Assembly: GCA_021513695.1 (NCBI GenBank)
Contig: CP084166.1
Location: 2,048,001-2,112,000 of the forward strand
Reading direction: 5' to 3'
Length of the DNA: 64,000 nt
DNA from: Candidatus Heimdallarchaeum aukensis
GTDB lineage: Archaea; Asgardarchaeota; Heimdallarchaeia; Heimdallarchaeales; Heimdallarchaeaceae
Part shown: positions 47,627 through 56,671 of the stretch, piece after piece
Position numbering within the stretch: the stretch's first letter is position 1
How the letters are laid out: every line of letters begins with the position of its first letter
Made by a program: the position numbers and the translations under genes
Notes under the pieces: model-generated
Databases searched by the model: none
The model's input: only the letters and a program-made list of their open reading frames with translations
Told to the model about the DNA's origin: nothing

Positions 47627-48622
47627 TTGGCTATCTTATCTGGTGGTGATTCGAAGCGTTATAAGCAGAAAGGTAAACTTATAGATAAAGCATTAATGGA
47701 AGTAAATACCAAGCCTCTGCTTTTTAAAATAGTTGAAGATGGTCTTAATAATTACGACAATGTTATTGTATCCCTGAACAACAATAAAAGGAAAAAAAAG
47801 TATGAAAGTGTATTAAAACCCCTACTGAAAAGCGATAATGTTGAGTTTGTTGAAGATGATAAAGAAATTAATTTTATTGGAGTAGGAAAGGGAATTGCTT
47901 CTGTACTATTGAAATTATTGCCAAAAACTTCAATCCAATTCATTCCTTGTGATCGCCCTTACCTTGATGTGAAATTACTAAGACAGTTAGAGACAGTAAA
48001 AGAGGGAGTAACAATACTTATTTATCAAAGTGGATTGATTGAGCCACTGCTTGCTCTATATGCTGAAAACTATGCATTTCCTCCACTCTTTGTTTTTTCT
48101 TTTGATCTAAGCAGAGCTGACGTGTTTATCCGCTTAGCTCCTCGAATCAGGCTTTATAATGCAACAGAAATAATTGAGATGAATGATCTCAGATCTAGTT
48201 TTTTCTTAAATGTAAACACTCCAAGGTTAACAGCTTCAGACCTCTCTTTAGAAAAAGAGAAATATTTCTTACCAAAATCTAAAATTGTGGAAAGAAAAAA
48301 TCTTGAACCTCTTGATAGTATCGATTTAGATGGTGATCCTACAGAGAGAATTCACCATTTGATTGAAAGAGAACACTTTTTTTTAGCATTCTTAGTAACA
48401 AAATACCTATTTCGAAGTCAAGTTTTTGACTTTGACCTCTTTTCTTACTATGTCAACTTAACACTAAAGTCAGAGTACGAATATTGGATGGAGAAAAATA
48501 TACCTTTCTTAGGATTACATGCGCTGCAAGATTTATCACATACTTTTCAGAATAATGTGTCTAATGAAATTGACAATGAAATAAAGACTCTAAAAGAAAA
48601 AATAGGTATAAAAAAGAAATAA
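47627..48622 (+). CDS. MobA-like nucleotidyltransferase domain protein (molybdenum cofactor guanylyltransferase-like) with C-terminal extension
   Basis: The N-terminal AILSGGDSKRYK..DKALMEVNTKPLL resembles the MobA/NTP_transf_3 start. The gene is adjacent to a molybdopterin formate dehydrogenase. TTG start. Confidence 0.55.
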   Translation: MAILSGGDSKRYKQKGKLIDKALMEVNTKPLLFKIVEDGLNNYDNVIVSLNNNKRKKKYESVLKPLLKSDNVEFVEDDKEINFIGVGKGIASVLLKLLPKTSIQFIPCDRPYLDVKLLRQLETVKEGVTILIYQSGLIEPLLALYAENYAFPPLFVFSFDLSRADVFIRLAPRIRLYNATEIIEMNDLRSSFFLNVNTPRLTASDLSLEKEKYFLPKSKIVERKNLEPLDSIDLDGDPTERIHHLIEREHFFLAFLVTKYLFRSQVFDFDLFSYYVNLTLKSEYEYWMEKNIPFLGLHALQDLSHTFQNNVSNEIDNEIKTLKEKIGIKKK

Positions 48623-48663
48623 AGACTCTAAAAGAAAAAATAGGTATAAAAAAGAAATAAAGA
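48581..48663. repeat. 38-bp tandem duplication (2 copies plus 7 nt) spanning a stop codon
   Basis: ATAAAGACTCTAAAAGAAAAAATAGGTATAAAAAAGAA occurs at 48581-48618 and again at 48619-48656, followed by ATAAAGA. Confidence 0.85.
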
Positions 48664-51375
48664 TTATTCTTTTGTCACTTTTACCGCACAGACTTTAAGT
48701 TCTGGTATTTTTGCAAGAGGATCAAGTGCATCATTTGTTAAGAGGTTAGCAGCTGATTCTTTAAAGTGGAAAGTCATAAAAACAACTCCTTCTTTAATTT
48801 TGTCAGTGACTTTTACTTCTGTTAGTAGTTTACCTCTCCTTGATTCAATGATTACTTTGTCACCCGTTTTTATTCCTAATCTTTTTGCATCTTTGACGTT
48901 TATTTCACTTCTTTCAATTGGTTTACGTTGGTGTATTCCTTCTACCCTACGTGTCATTTCTCCCGTATGGAAATGGAATAAATTGCGACCCGTAGTTAGA
49001 ATTAGGGGATATTCATCATCAGGAAGCTCATCTGGATCCAAGTAATCAATGGCATGGAATTTTCCTTTCCCTCTAGAGAATTTATCCTTATGTAAAATTG
49101 GAGTACCAGGATGGTCATCAGATGGACATGGCCACTGTAAACCTCCATTTTCTACTCTCTTATAACTTATTCCTCCATAGATTGGGGTCACCTGAGCTAT
49201 TTCATCCATTATTTCACTGGGAGAGTTATAGTGTTTTTCAATTCCAAAACGATTAAGCATAATCTCTAAGATTTTCCAATCAGGTAATCTGCTTCCATCT
49301 GTTTCTATAGCTTTTCTAACTCTCTGTACCCTTCTTTCAGTATTGGTGTAAGTACCATCTTTTTCTGCAAATGATTGTCCAGGGAGAATAACATCTGCAT
49401 ATTTTGCAGTTTCAGTAATAAATAAATCTTGAACAACTAAGAACTCCACCTTCTCAAGAGCTTCTCTAACATGGTTAATATTTGGGTCGCTAATAACAGG
49501 ATTTTCACCCATGATGTAGATCCCTCTAATGTTTCCTTTATGGGCTTCGTTCATTATTTCAACAACAGTCAACCCCGCTTTGTCATCAAGTTTATCTACT
49601 CCCCAGAACTCTTTGAATTTCTTGATGTTTTTTTCATCAGTTACTTTTTGATAACCTGGGAAAACATCAGGTAAACCACCTAGATCACAAGCTCCTTGAA
49701 CATTGTTTTGACCACGTAGTGGATTAACTCCAGTACCTGGTTTTCCAACATTTCCAGTTAACATAGCCAAATTAGCTAAACTTAGAACATTATCTGTCCC
49801 AGTAGTATGTTGAGTAATACCCATGGCATAAACTATAGCAGCAGTTTTTGCAGTAGCGTAAAGTGAAGCAGCTTTTTTCACATCTTCCTCATCAACATTC
49901 GCAATCTTACACAGTGAAGAAAAGTCTATCTTACTTATCTTTTCTTTCAATTTCTCAAAGTCTTCTGTCCTATTCTCAATAAACTCTTTATCATATAATT
50001 CTTCGTCAATAATGTACTTAATCATAGCATTAATGAGGGCAACATCGCTACCTGGTCTCTGAGACATATAAATTTCAGCATAATCTGCTAATTCAATTCT
50101 ACGAGGATCTGCAACAATCAATTTTGTTTTGCCTTTTCTAACAGCTTGCTTAATTTTTATTCCTATTACGGGATGCGCCTCTGTTGTATTGCTCCCAATA
50201 ATAAATATAACTTCAGCATTATTAGTTAAATCTGAGACACTGTTTGTCATTGCTCCTGAACCAAAAGCTTTGACAAGTCCTGTGACTGTTGAGGCATGAC
50301 AAAGTCGAGCACAGTGGTCAACGTTATTCGTTCCAATAGCTGCACGGGAAAGTTTTTGCATCAGATAATTCTCTTCATTTGTACATTTAGCAGAAGTAAG
50401 GAAAGCAAGAGAATCAGGGCCCGTTTCACTGATAATTTCCTTAAATCGTTTTTCAATAAGATCGAAAGCTTCTTCCCAGCTTACCTCTACGAAATTTCCA
50501 TTTTTCTTGATTAGTGGAGTATTCACTCTATCATGATGATGGACATATTCCCACCCATATCTCCCTTTTACACAAAGTGACAATCCATTAATACTATCTC
50601 TATGTGATTGGACATCTACGATTCTATTTTGTTTTGGATCAACCAATAGTTCTAGTTGACAACCAACTCCACAGTAGGTACATGTTGTTACTGTTTTCTT
50701 TAATTCATAAGACCGACTTTTTGTAGTTTTGATAGATTTGCTAACTAATGCTCCAACTGGACAGACTTCTACACAGTTCCCACAAGCAACACAACCTGCT
50801 TCTTCAAAACTTCTACCAAAACCAGCACTAGGATAGATGTCAAAACCTCTGTCTTGCATGGAAAGAACATTACATACTTGTATCTCATCTGTAACACGAA
50901 CACAAAGCTGACAACGGATACAGGCGGAATAATTGAGTACAAAAAATTCATTCACTTCTACTAGGTCTGTAGTTGGTTTTTTACCCTCTAGTTTACTTAA
51001 GCGGCTCTTTGGAACATACTGATAGGCTAGTTTTTGTAGAGTGCAAACACCATTTTTATTACACACTATACAGTTTAATGGGTGAGAACGAAGAAGTAAT
51101 TCAATATTAGTTTGACGAGCACGATGAATTCGTTCATTATAGGTGGTAACCACCGCATTAGGACGAACAGGTGTAACACAAGCGGCAACTAAATTAGGAG
51201 CTCCTTCAACTTCAATAACACAAATACGACAAGCACCAGACGGTTTTAATTCTTCCATATGACACAAAGTAGGGATCTCTATTCCAGCACGAGTGATAGC
51301 TGAAAGATATGTGTCATCCTTTTTACATAAGATTTTTTGACCATCAACAATAATAGAAATTTTTTCTTCTGACAT
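48664..51375 (-). CDS. fdhA: formate dehydrogenase alpha subunit (molybdo/tungstopterin, NuoG-like Fe-S N-terminus), Cys type
   Basis: N-terminal 2Fe-2S and 4Fe-4S cysteine motifs, then the molybdopterin oxidoreductase domains. The active-site stretch HCARLCHAST has Cys rather than an in-frame TGA. Confidence 0.88.
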   Translation of the reverse strand: MSEEKISIIVDGQKILCKKDDTYLSAITRAGIEIPTLCHMEELKPSGACRICVIEVEGAPNLVAACVTPVRPNAVVTTYNERIHRARQTNIELLLRSHPLNCIVCNKNGVCTLQKLAYQYVPKSRLSKLEGKKPTTDLVEVNEFFVLNYSACIRCQLCVRVTDEIQVCNVLSMQDRGFDIYPSAGFGRSFEEAGCVACGNCVEVCPVGALVSKSIKTTKSRSYELKKTVTTCTYCGVGCQLELLVDPKQNRIVDVQSHRDSINGLSLCVKGRYGWEYVHHHDRVNTPLIKKNGNFVEVSWEEAFDLIEKRFKEIISETGPDSLAFLTSAKCTNEENYLMQKLSRAAIGTNNVDHCARLCHASTVTGLVKAFGSGAMTNSVSDLTNNAEVIFIIGSNTTEAHPVIGIKIKQAVRKGKTKLIVADPRRIELADYAEIYMSQRPGSDVALINAMIKYIIDEELYDKEFIENRTEDFEKLKEKISKIDFSSLCKIANVDEEDVKKAASLYATAKTAAIVYAMGITQHTTGTDNVLSLANLAMLTGNVGKPGTGVNPLRGQNNVQGACDLGGLPDVFPGYQKVTDEKNIKKFKEFWGVDKLDDKAGLTVVEIMNEAHKGNIRGIYIMGENPVISDPNINHVREALEKVEFLVVQDLFITETAKYADVILPGQSFAEKDGTYTNTERRVQRVRKAIETDGSRLPDWKILEIMLNRFGIEKHYNSPSEIMDEIAQVTPIYGGISYKRVENGGLQWPCPSDDHPGTPILHKDKFSRGKGKFHAIDYLDPDELPDDEYPLILTTGRNLFHFHTGEMTRRVEGIHQRKPIERSEINVKDAKRLGIKTGDKVIIESRRGKLLTEVKVTDKIKEGVVFMTFHFKESAANLLTNDALDPLAKIPELKVCAVKVTKE

Positions 51376-51376
51376 T

Positions 51377-53317
51377 TTAATTCACCTTCTCAATTGCTTT
51401 CTTTGGACAACGCTCAAAACATGCATTGCAAGAGATACATAGACGATTCTCAATGAAAAAACCCGTCTCCTTAGAACCAAAAACAGCATCAACTGGGCAA
51501 ACATTTTGGCACACACCACATTTAATGCAAAGGTCATCATTAATAACATAATTGAATAATCCTGGACAAACCTTTGCTCGACATACTTTTTGTTCAATGT
51601 GCTCAATATATTCTTCTCTGAAGTATTTAAGAGTAGACAAAATAGGATTAGGAGCCGTTTGACCTAAGCCACAGAGAGCAGTATCTTTGATAACAAATGA
51701 TAATTGCTCTAAATCAGTAAGAATGTCTAGTGTAGCATCACCAGATGTGATTTTCTCAAGCATTTCTAATGCGCGAACTGTTCCTTCTCGACAAGGAGTG
51801 CATTTTCCACAAGATTCAGATGCGATAAATGTCATAAAATAACGAGCTAAATCAACCATACAAGTGGACTCACTACAGACAATCATGCCTCCGGACCCCA
51901 TAATAGAACCAAGTTTCTTAAGAGAAGCAAAGTCAACTGGTGTATCAATTAGCGAAAAAGGAATACAACCACCAGAAGGACCCCCTGTCTGAACTGCTTT
52001 AAACTGTTTATCCCCTTTGACACCGCCACCGATATCGAAAATGATTTCACGAAGAGTTGTACCCATAGGAACTTCAACTAAACCAGAATTTTTAACATCC
52101 CCAGTAAGAGCAAAAACAGCTGTACCTTTAGTGTCCTCTGTTCCAATGCTACTAAACCATTTAGCGCCATTAAGAAGAATAACAGGAACTGTGACAAGAG
52201 TCTTGACATTGTTGATAATTGTTGGTTTTTCCCATAATCCGGAAACAGCAGGATAAGGAGGACGGGGGCGAGGTTCACCACGTAATCCCATTATAGAATT
52301 TATTAAAGCTGTTTCTTCTCCACAAACAAAAGCACCAGCTCCTTTTCTGATTTCAATAGAAAAATGAAAATCAGTACCAAAGATGTTATCTCCAAGAAAA
52401 TGGTTTTCGTAAGCTTGTTTTAGTGCAATCTCTAAACGCTTAATAGCAAGTGGATATTCAGCTCGGATGTAAATAAATCCCTTATTTGCTCCAATGGCAT
52501 ACGCAGCAATAGTCAATCCTTCAATTACACTATGAGGGTCTCCTTCAATCAAAGATCTGTCCATGAAAGCTCCAGGGTCGCCTTCATCAGCATTGCAGAC
52601 AACATATTTTTCAGTTTTTTCAATACTATCCTCGGTCGTTTTTGAAAGTTCTGCATTATATGCAAATTCCCATTTCACGCCAGTGGGAAAACCAGCACCA
52701 CCACGACCACGAAGGCCAGAAGATTTGATTTCATCAATAACCTCTTTGGGAGAAAGAGTAGTTAGAGTTTTGTAAAGGGCTTGGTAGCCACCTCTAGCAA
52801 GGTAATCGTTGATGTTTTCAGGGTCAATTATCCCAACATTTCTTAACGTTATTCTCTTTTGTTTCTTTAACATTGGCAAGGATTTGAAAGTTGGTAGTCC
52901 AGAGTAAATCTGTGGAATATTATATTTCCATGACTCTTGGTATTGAATAATATTTTCTTGTTCATCAAACATGCAGAAAACTTTTTCTTTTTTGAGATCT
53001 CCTCCAAAGTGTTTATCTATTATTTCTTTTACTTCTTCAGGCTTAACATTTTTATAAGAAACTCTGGGTGAGTTAGCTAGTTCAATATCCATTAAAGGCT
53101 CATAAGAACAACAACCTATACATCCTGTTTTTTCTATAATGACATCGTCTATTTTTAACTCATGAAGCACTTGTTGCACTTCTTTCAGAACTTCTTCTGC
53201 ACCTGCAGCAATACCACAAGTCCCATAGCCTATAATAATCCTATTTTTATTATGCTTCTCCTTGCTATGTAAAATCGCTTCTTCAGTTATATAATGAAAA
53301 TGATTGGATTTATTCAT
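51377..53317 (-). CDS. NuoF/HydB-like NAD(P)H-binding flavoprotein subunit with N-terminal thioredoxin-like and C-terminal 2x[4Fe-4S] domains
   Basis: GLRGRGGAGFPTG (FMN/NAD site), ESCGKCTPCREG, and C-terminal CIKCGVCQNVCP and CISCNACFERCP. Confidence 0.88.
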   Translation of the reverse strand: MNKSNHFHYITEEAILHSKEKHNKNRIIIGYGTCGIAAGAEEVLKEVQQVLHELKIDDVIIEKTGCIGCCSYEPLMDIELANSPRVSYKNVKPEEVKEIIDKHFGGDLKKEKVFCMFDEQENIIQYQESWKYNIPQIYSGLPTFKSLPMLKKQKRITLRNVGIIDPENINDYLARGGYQALYKTLTTLSPKEVIDEIKSSGLRGRGGAGFPTGVKWEFAYNAELSKTTEDSIEKTEKYVVCNADEGDPGAFMDRSLIEGDPHSVIEGLTIAAYAIGANKGFIYIRAEYPLAIKRLEIALKQAYENHFLGDNIFGTDFHFSIEIRKGAGAFVCGEETALINSIMGLRGEPRPRPPYPAVSGLWEKPTIINNVKTLVTVPVILLNGAKWFSSIGTEDTKGTAVFALTGDVKNSGLVEVPMGTTLREIIFDIGGGVKGDKQFKAVQTGGPSGGCIPFSLIDTPVDFASLKKLGSIMGSGGMIVCSESTCMVDLARYFMTFIASESCGKCTPCREGTVRALEMLEKITSGDATLDILTDLEQLSFVIKDTALCGLGQTAPNPILSTLKYFREEYIEHIEQKVCRAKVCPGLFNYVINDDLCIKCGVCQNVCPVDAVFGSKETGFFIENRLCISCNACFERCPKKAIEKVN

Positions 53318-53783
53318 TTTTTTCGCCCTCCTCTAATCCCGAAAGTAGCTTATCTATTGTTTTTACTGTATTTCTGCCGTAAACTTTTCCGTTGATAACA
53401 ATAGTTGGAGCTAAAGCACATGAACCAATACAAGCTACAGTCTCAAGAGAATATTTTCCATCAGGAGAATGCTCTCCTGCTTTTAGATTTAACTTTGATT
53501 CAATGTAATCAAGATTGCGTTTTGCTCCTGAAACATGACATGCTGTGCCTTGACAAACTGTTATGTTATATTTGGCAGGAGGTTTAAGTTTAAATAAGGC
53601 ATAAAAAGATATTACACCCCACATTTTACTTAAAGGGACTTCAATTTTTTGTGAAATGTCCTCTAAGACTTCACGTGGCAGATAACCATATTTATCTTGA
53701 GCATCGGACAAAATCTGAATTAGAGCGCTAGAATCAAAATTATAACGCGCTAGGATGGAATCAATATTAAAATCTGCATTCAT
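53310..53783 (-). CDS. NuoE/HydC-like thioredoxin-fold [2Fe-2S] subunit
   Basis: CQGTACHVSG ... CIGSCALAP cysteine pattern. It overlaps the NuoF-like gene by 8 nt. Confidence 0.85.
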   Translation of the reverse strand: MNADFNIDSILARYNFDSSALIQILSDAQDKYGYLPREVLEDISQKIEVPLSKMWGVISFYALFKLKPPAKYNITVCQGTACHVSGAKRNLDYIESKLNLKAGEHSPDGKYSLETVACIGSCALAPTIVINGKVYGRNTVKTIDKLLSGLEEGEKNE

Positions 53784-53918
53784 AAAGAAAAAAAAATGAT
53801 TGTACCTATTAAATTTTATGTGACTGTGTGCAAAAAAATACTAAGTGAAAAACACTATGAATTAAAAAATAAGAAAAAACAAAGAAGTGTGAAGTAATAT
53901 GTTGCTCAAAAACAACTA

Positions 53919-54767
53919 TTATACTTCTAAATACTCCTTACCCAATCTATCCATGAATTCTCTAATCTTCTTCCTGTGTTCAGATCTTGTTCCCTTCTTG
54001 TCTACCATGGCAGCAAAAGGGTTCTCAATAGTCTTTTTAAAAGCTTGCTTGACTATCTCGTAATTGATATGATCTAAAACATATTTGGGAGCTATGTGAC
54101 CAATCAGAATGCTTTCTTCACTATACAACTTTTTTTCAAAACGGTAAGCATAATGATTTCCACCAAAACCAACATAAACGGATTCTCCATTTTCTCGGTT
54201 TTTTGCCTTTAAATATTCCTCTGCAGTCTTGATTATAGCTTTTGCAACTCCCTCAGCTCCTCGCTTATCTGTCCAATATTTTTCACTACTTCCTAATTCC
54301 ATGAAACATAAGGGAGTACTCATATTAGTAGGACCATGGTGAGTGACTTCTATCCCAACTCTGTATTCTTCAAGTTTTAAATCGTCTTTGAAAAATCTCA
54401 AGTTCTTTAAACCGATCTTGATGGCTAAAGCAGAAGAATAAGCAAGCTCGTTACTATTACCCCCCAATCTAGCTTCGCCCCAATTACCAGGAGTGTGAAT
54501 AAGTAAAGCAGGAAAACCAGATTCAGCACTATGTCTACTAGCAAAAATAAACAAATCGGTATCAATTATATCTTCTAAATTAGAAATATTCACACCGTCG
54601 TTATCAACATGAATAGCTTTAACATCATTAGGAAACTTAGTATAAGCATAAATCTCTTGGTCATAATCTAATTTCTTGAAAAGAGAAGATTCTTCAATTA
54701 TATCCCACATTGCTGATGCAGCTTGATCTCTTTTAGGAAAAACAATAACTACTTTGGACTTAATCAA
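53919..54767 (-). CDS. dtdA: D-aminoacyl-tRNA deacylase, archaeal type (DTD2)
   Basis: FASRHSAESGFPALLIHTPGNWG, EVTHHGPT, MELGSSEKYW and GHIAPKY blocks match archaeal DtdA. TTG start. Confidence 0.85.
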   Translation of the reverse strand: MIKSKVVIVFPKRDQAASAMWDIIEESSLFKKLDYDQEIYAYTKFPNDVKAIHVDNDGVNISNLEDIIDTDLFIFASRHSAESGFPALLIHTPGNWGEARLGGNSNELAYSSALAIKIGLKNLRFFKDDLKLEEYRVGIEVTHHGPTNMSTPLCFMELGSSEKYWTDKRGAEGVAKAIIKTAEEYLKAKNRENGESVYVGFGGNHYAYRFEKKLYSEESILIGHIAPKYVLDHINYEIVKQAFKKTIENPFAAMVDKKGTRSEHRKKIREFMDRLGKEYLEV

Positions 54768-54887
54768 AGTTACTCATCCTTTTTTAGACTTTTCAAAAAT
54801 TTATTTTTTATTAAGTTAGTTATTAAGACAAATCTGTCGTACTTCGTAAACAATAACAAGAAGGAACGGAACTTAAAAAAATAAGGC

Positions 54888-54965
54888 TGGTGGGGTAGAC
54901 AGGATTTGAACCTGTGACATCCTCCACGTCAAGGAGGTATCATAGCCGGGCTAGATCACTACCCC
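54888..54965 (-). tRNA. tRNA-Val(GAC), CCA encoded
   Basis: Acceptor GGGGTAG/CTACCCC, anticodon arm CCTCC-TTGACGT-GGAGG, T arm ACAGG-TTCAAAT-CCTGT, then ACCA. Confidence 0.9.
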
Positions 54966-55246
54966 AATATTATTAAGGTCTACTGCTTTTTTTTTTCCTC
55001 TGTTTAAATATTTTTTGTTGAGTTATTTTTCTTCAACTGTATCTCATTTAAGTAAGTTTGATTATTAAAATTATTAATGAGTTCTTAGGCTGTTTTTAGA
55101 AAAAATAATTACTAAAGTTTTTTCTTATAGACTCTGACTTCTAGGGAAAAAATACTATCCTGTCATTTGTTATTCTTATAACCTTGCTTTTACATCAAAA
55201 AAGTTCAAACTTCAAAAATGGAATAAAAAAGTGAATAGTTTGGATT

Positions 55247-55372
55247 TTATACTACACATTTTCTTTGTGTAAGGTATATTGAAGTTTGAGTTAATTCTTC
55301 ACGTCTTGTTCTTTTTTGTACTGGTCTTGATTTCCAGTATTTTTCTGTTCTTCCTGTTTTTCTTTCTGCCAT
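55247..55372 (-). CDS. small basic ORF (41 aa), unassigned
   Basis: MAERKTGRTEKYWKSRPVQKRTRREELTQTSIYLTQRKCVV. It is below the track cutoff and is the only ORF in an otherwise empty ~600-bp spacer. No family recognised. Confidence 0.2.
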   Translation of the reverse strand: MAERKTGRTEKYWKSRPVQKRTRREELTQTSIYLTQRKCVV

Positions 55373-55564
55373 TTTTATCACTGTATACATAATGTCCCCT
55401 TATTTATTAAGCACTTTTAAAATCAACAGTTGTAACGCTTCTAATTGTTGGTTTTATCCTCTTTTCTTTTAATTAAGCTTCAAAAGAGAATCATTTATCT
55501 GATAAACCAAAAGGTTAAAGAGGAAATATAGAAGTGAACCACTTTTTATTACTTTTAGTGGCCA

Positions 55565-56437
55565 TTAATTAACTGTTTTACTAACGTTTGTTTGACTTTT
55601 CATCTCTTTTACTTCTCTTTTTTCAGTCGATCTACTTTCTTCTAGTTTACGTGAAAAAAAATTACTTAGTTCTACTTTTAGTTGTGGGCTGAGCCTTGTT
55701 AATTTTTCTACTATTCCGTAAACCTTTGGGTAATATAATTCTTTTTTCTTATTTAACATTAATTTTACTATTTTTTTTGCTAGATCTTCTTTTCTGTATG
55801 TTTTGAACGTTTTTGTGTTTATATTTGCTTTTTCACAGAATGGTGTATCATGTAGTGCTGGATAAACTGTGCTTATTTTTATTCCGCTTTTTTTTAACTC
55901 GTTTCTTATACTTTCGCTTAATATTTTAACTGCACCCTTTGTTATACAGTAAGTTGTGAACCTGTAGGTTGGTACTGCTGCTATTGCTGAAGACATGTTT
56001 ATAATCTGCCCTTCTCCTTGTTTTTTCATTATGTTTGCCACTTTTTTTGTTAATTTTATTAGTCCTATTACGTTTGTTTCTATCATTTCTTCTATATCTT
56101 CATCACTCTGCTCTAGGAAGTCTATATTTTTTCCATATCCTGCATTGTTTAGCAGTACATCTATCTTTCCGTATTTTTTTAACGTTTCATCTACAAGTTT
56201 TCTAATGTCTTCGTTGTTCTTTATATCTCCTACTATCTTTAATGTGCTGATGTTGTTTCTTTTTAGTTCTTCTTCTACTTTACTTAGCTTTTCTTCTCTC
56301 CTTGCAAAAATTACTACTTTTGCGTTGTACTTTATTAGTTCTTTTGCTACTTGTTTTCCTATCCCTGAAGATGCTCCTGTTATTATTACTACTTTTTCTC
56401 TCAATTTTTCTGAATTTTTCTTCTTCAATTTTTTCAT
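55565..56437 (-). CDS. short-chain dehydrogenase/reductase (SDR)
   Basis: Cofactor motif ITGASSGIGK, NNAG, and the catalytic YCITKGAVK (YxxxK). Confidence 0.88.
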   Translation of the reverse strand: MKKLKKKNSEKLREKVVIITGASSGIGKQVAKELIKYNAKVVIFARREEKLSKVEEELKRNNISTLKIVGDIKNNEDIRKLVDETLKKYGKIDVLLNNAGYGKNIDFLEQSDEDIEEMIETNVIGLIKLTKKVANIMKKQGEGQIINMSSAIAAVPTYRFTTYCITKGAVKILSESIRNELKKSGIKISTVYPALHDTPFCEKANINTKTFKTYRKEDLAKKIVKLMLNKKKELYYPKVYGIVEKLTRLSPQLKVELSNFFSRKLEESRSTEKREVKEMKSQTNVSKTVN

Positions 56438-56671
56438 CGAGTTGTTTACCCTATTATCTTATTTAAACAGCAAAAAAGTTCTTTCTTGATTTTCTTACTC
56501 TCTGCTTCTTTTTCTTCTTTTTGTACTTTTTTTAATTATCATTTTCTTTTGTTTAGTTTTTTGTCTGAACTTATCATCTAATTTCTTTAGAAAAAACTTA
56601 TAAAAATATCAACAATTGGTGAGTTAAAGAAAAGAATATTATTCTTTAAGATAAAATTAAATTAGTCAGAG

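Noticed and set aside
47578-47649. ATG-initiated 23-codon ORF overlapping the start of the MobA-like gene
   Set aside because: It terminates after 23 codons in a different frame. The MobA-like N-terminal motif (AILSGGDSKR) is in the TTG-initiated frame.
50290-50340. Selenocysteine in FdhA
   Set aside because: The active-site position is encoded as Cys (HCARLCHAST). The ORF has no in-frame TGA.
55995-56489. 164-aa plus-strand ORF
   Set aside because: It lies antisense to the SDR gene, which has TGxxxGIG and YxxxK motifs.
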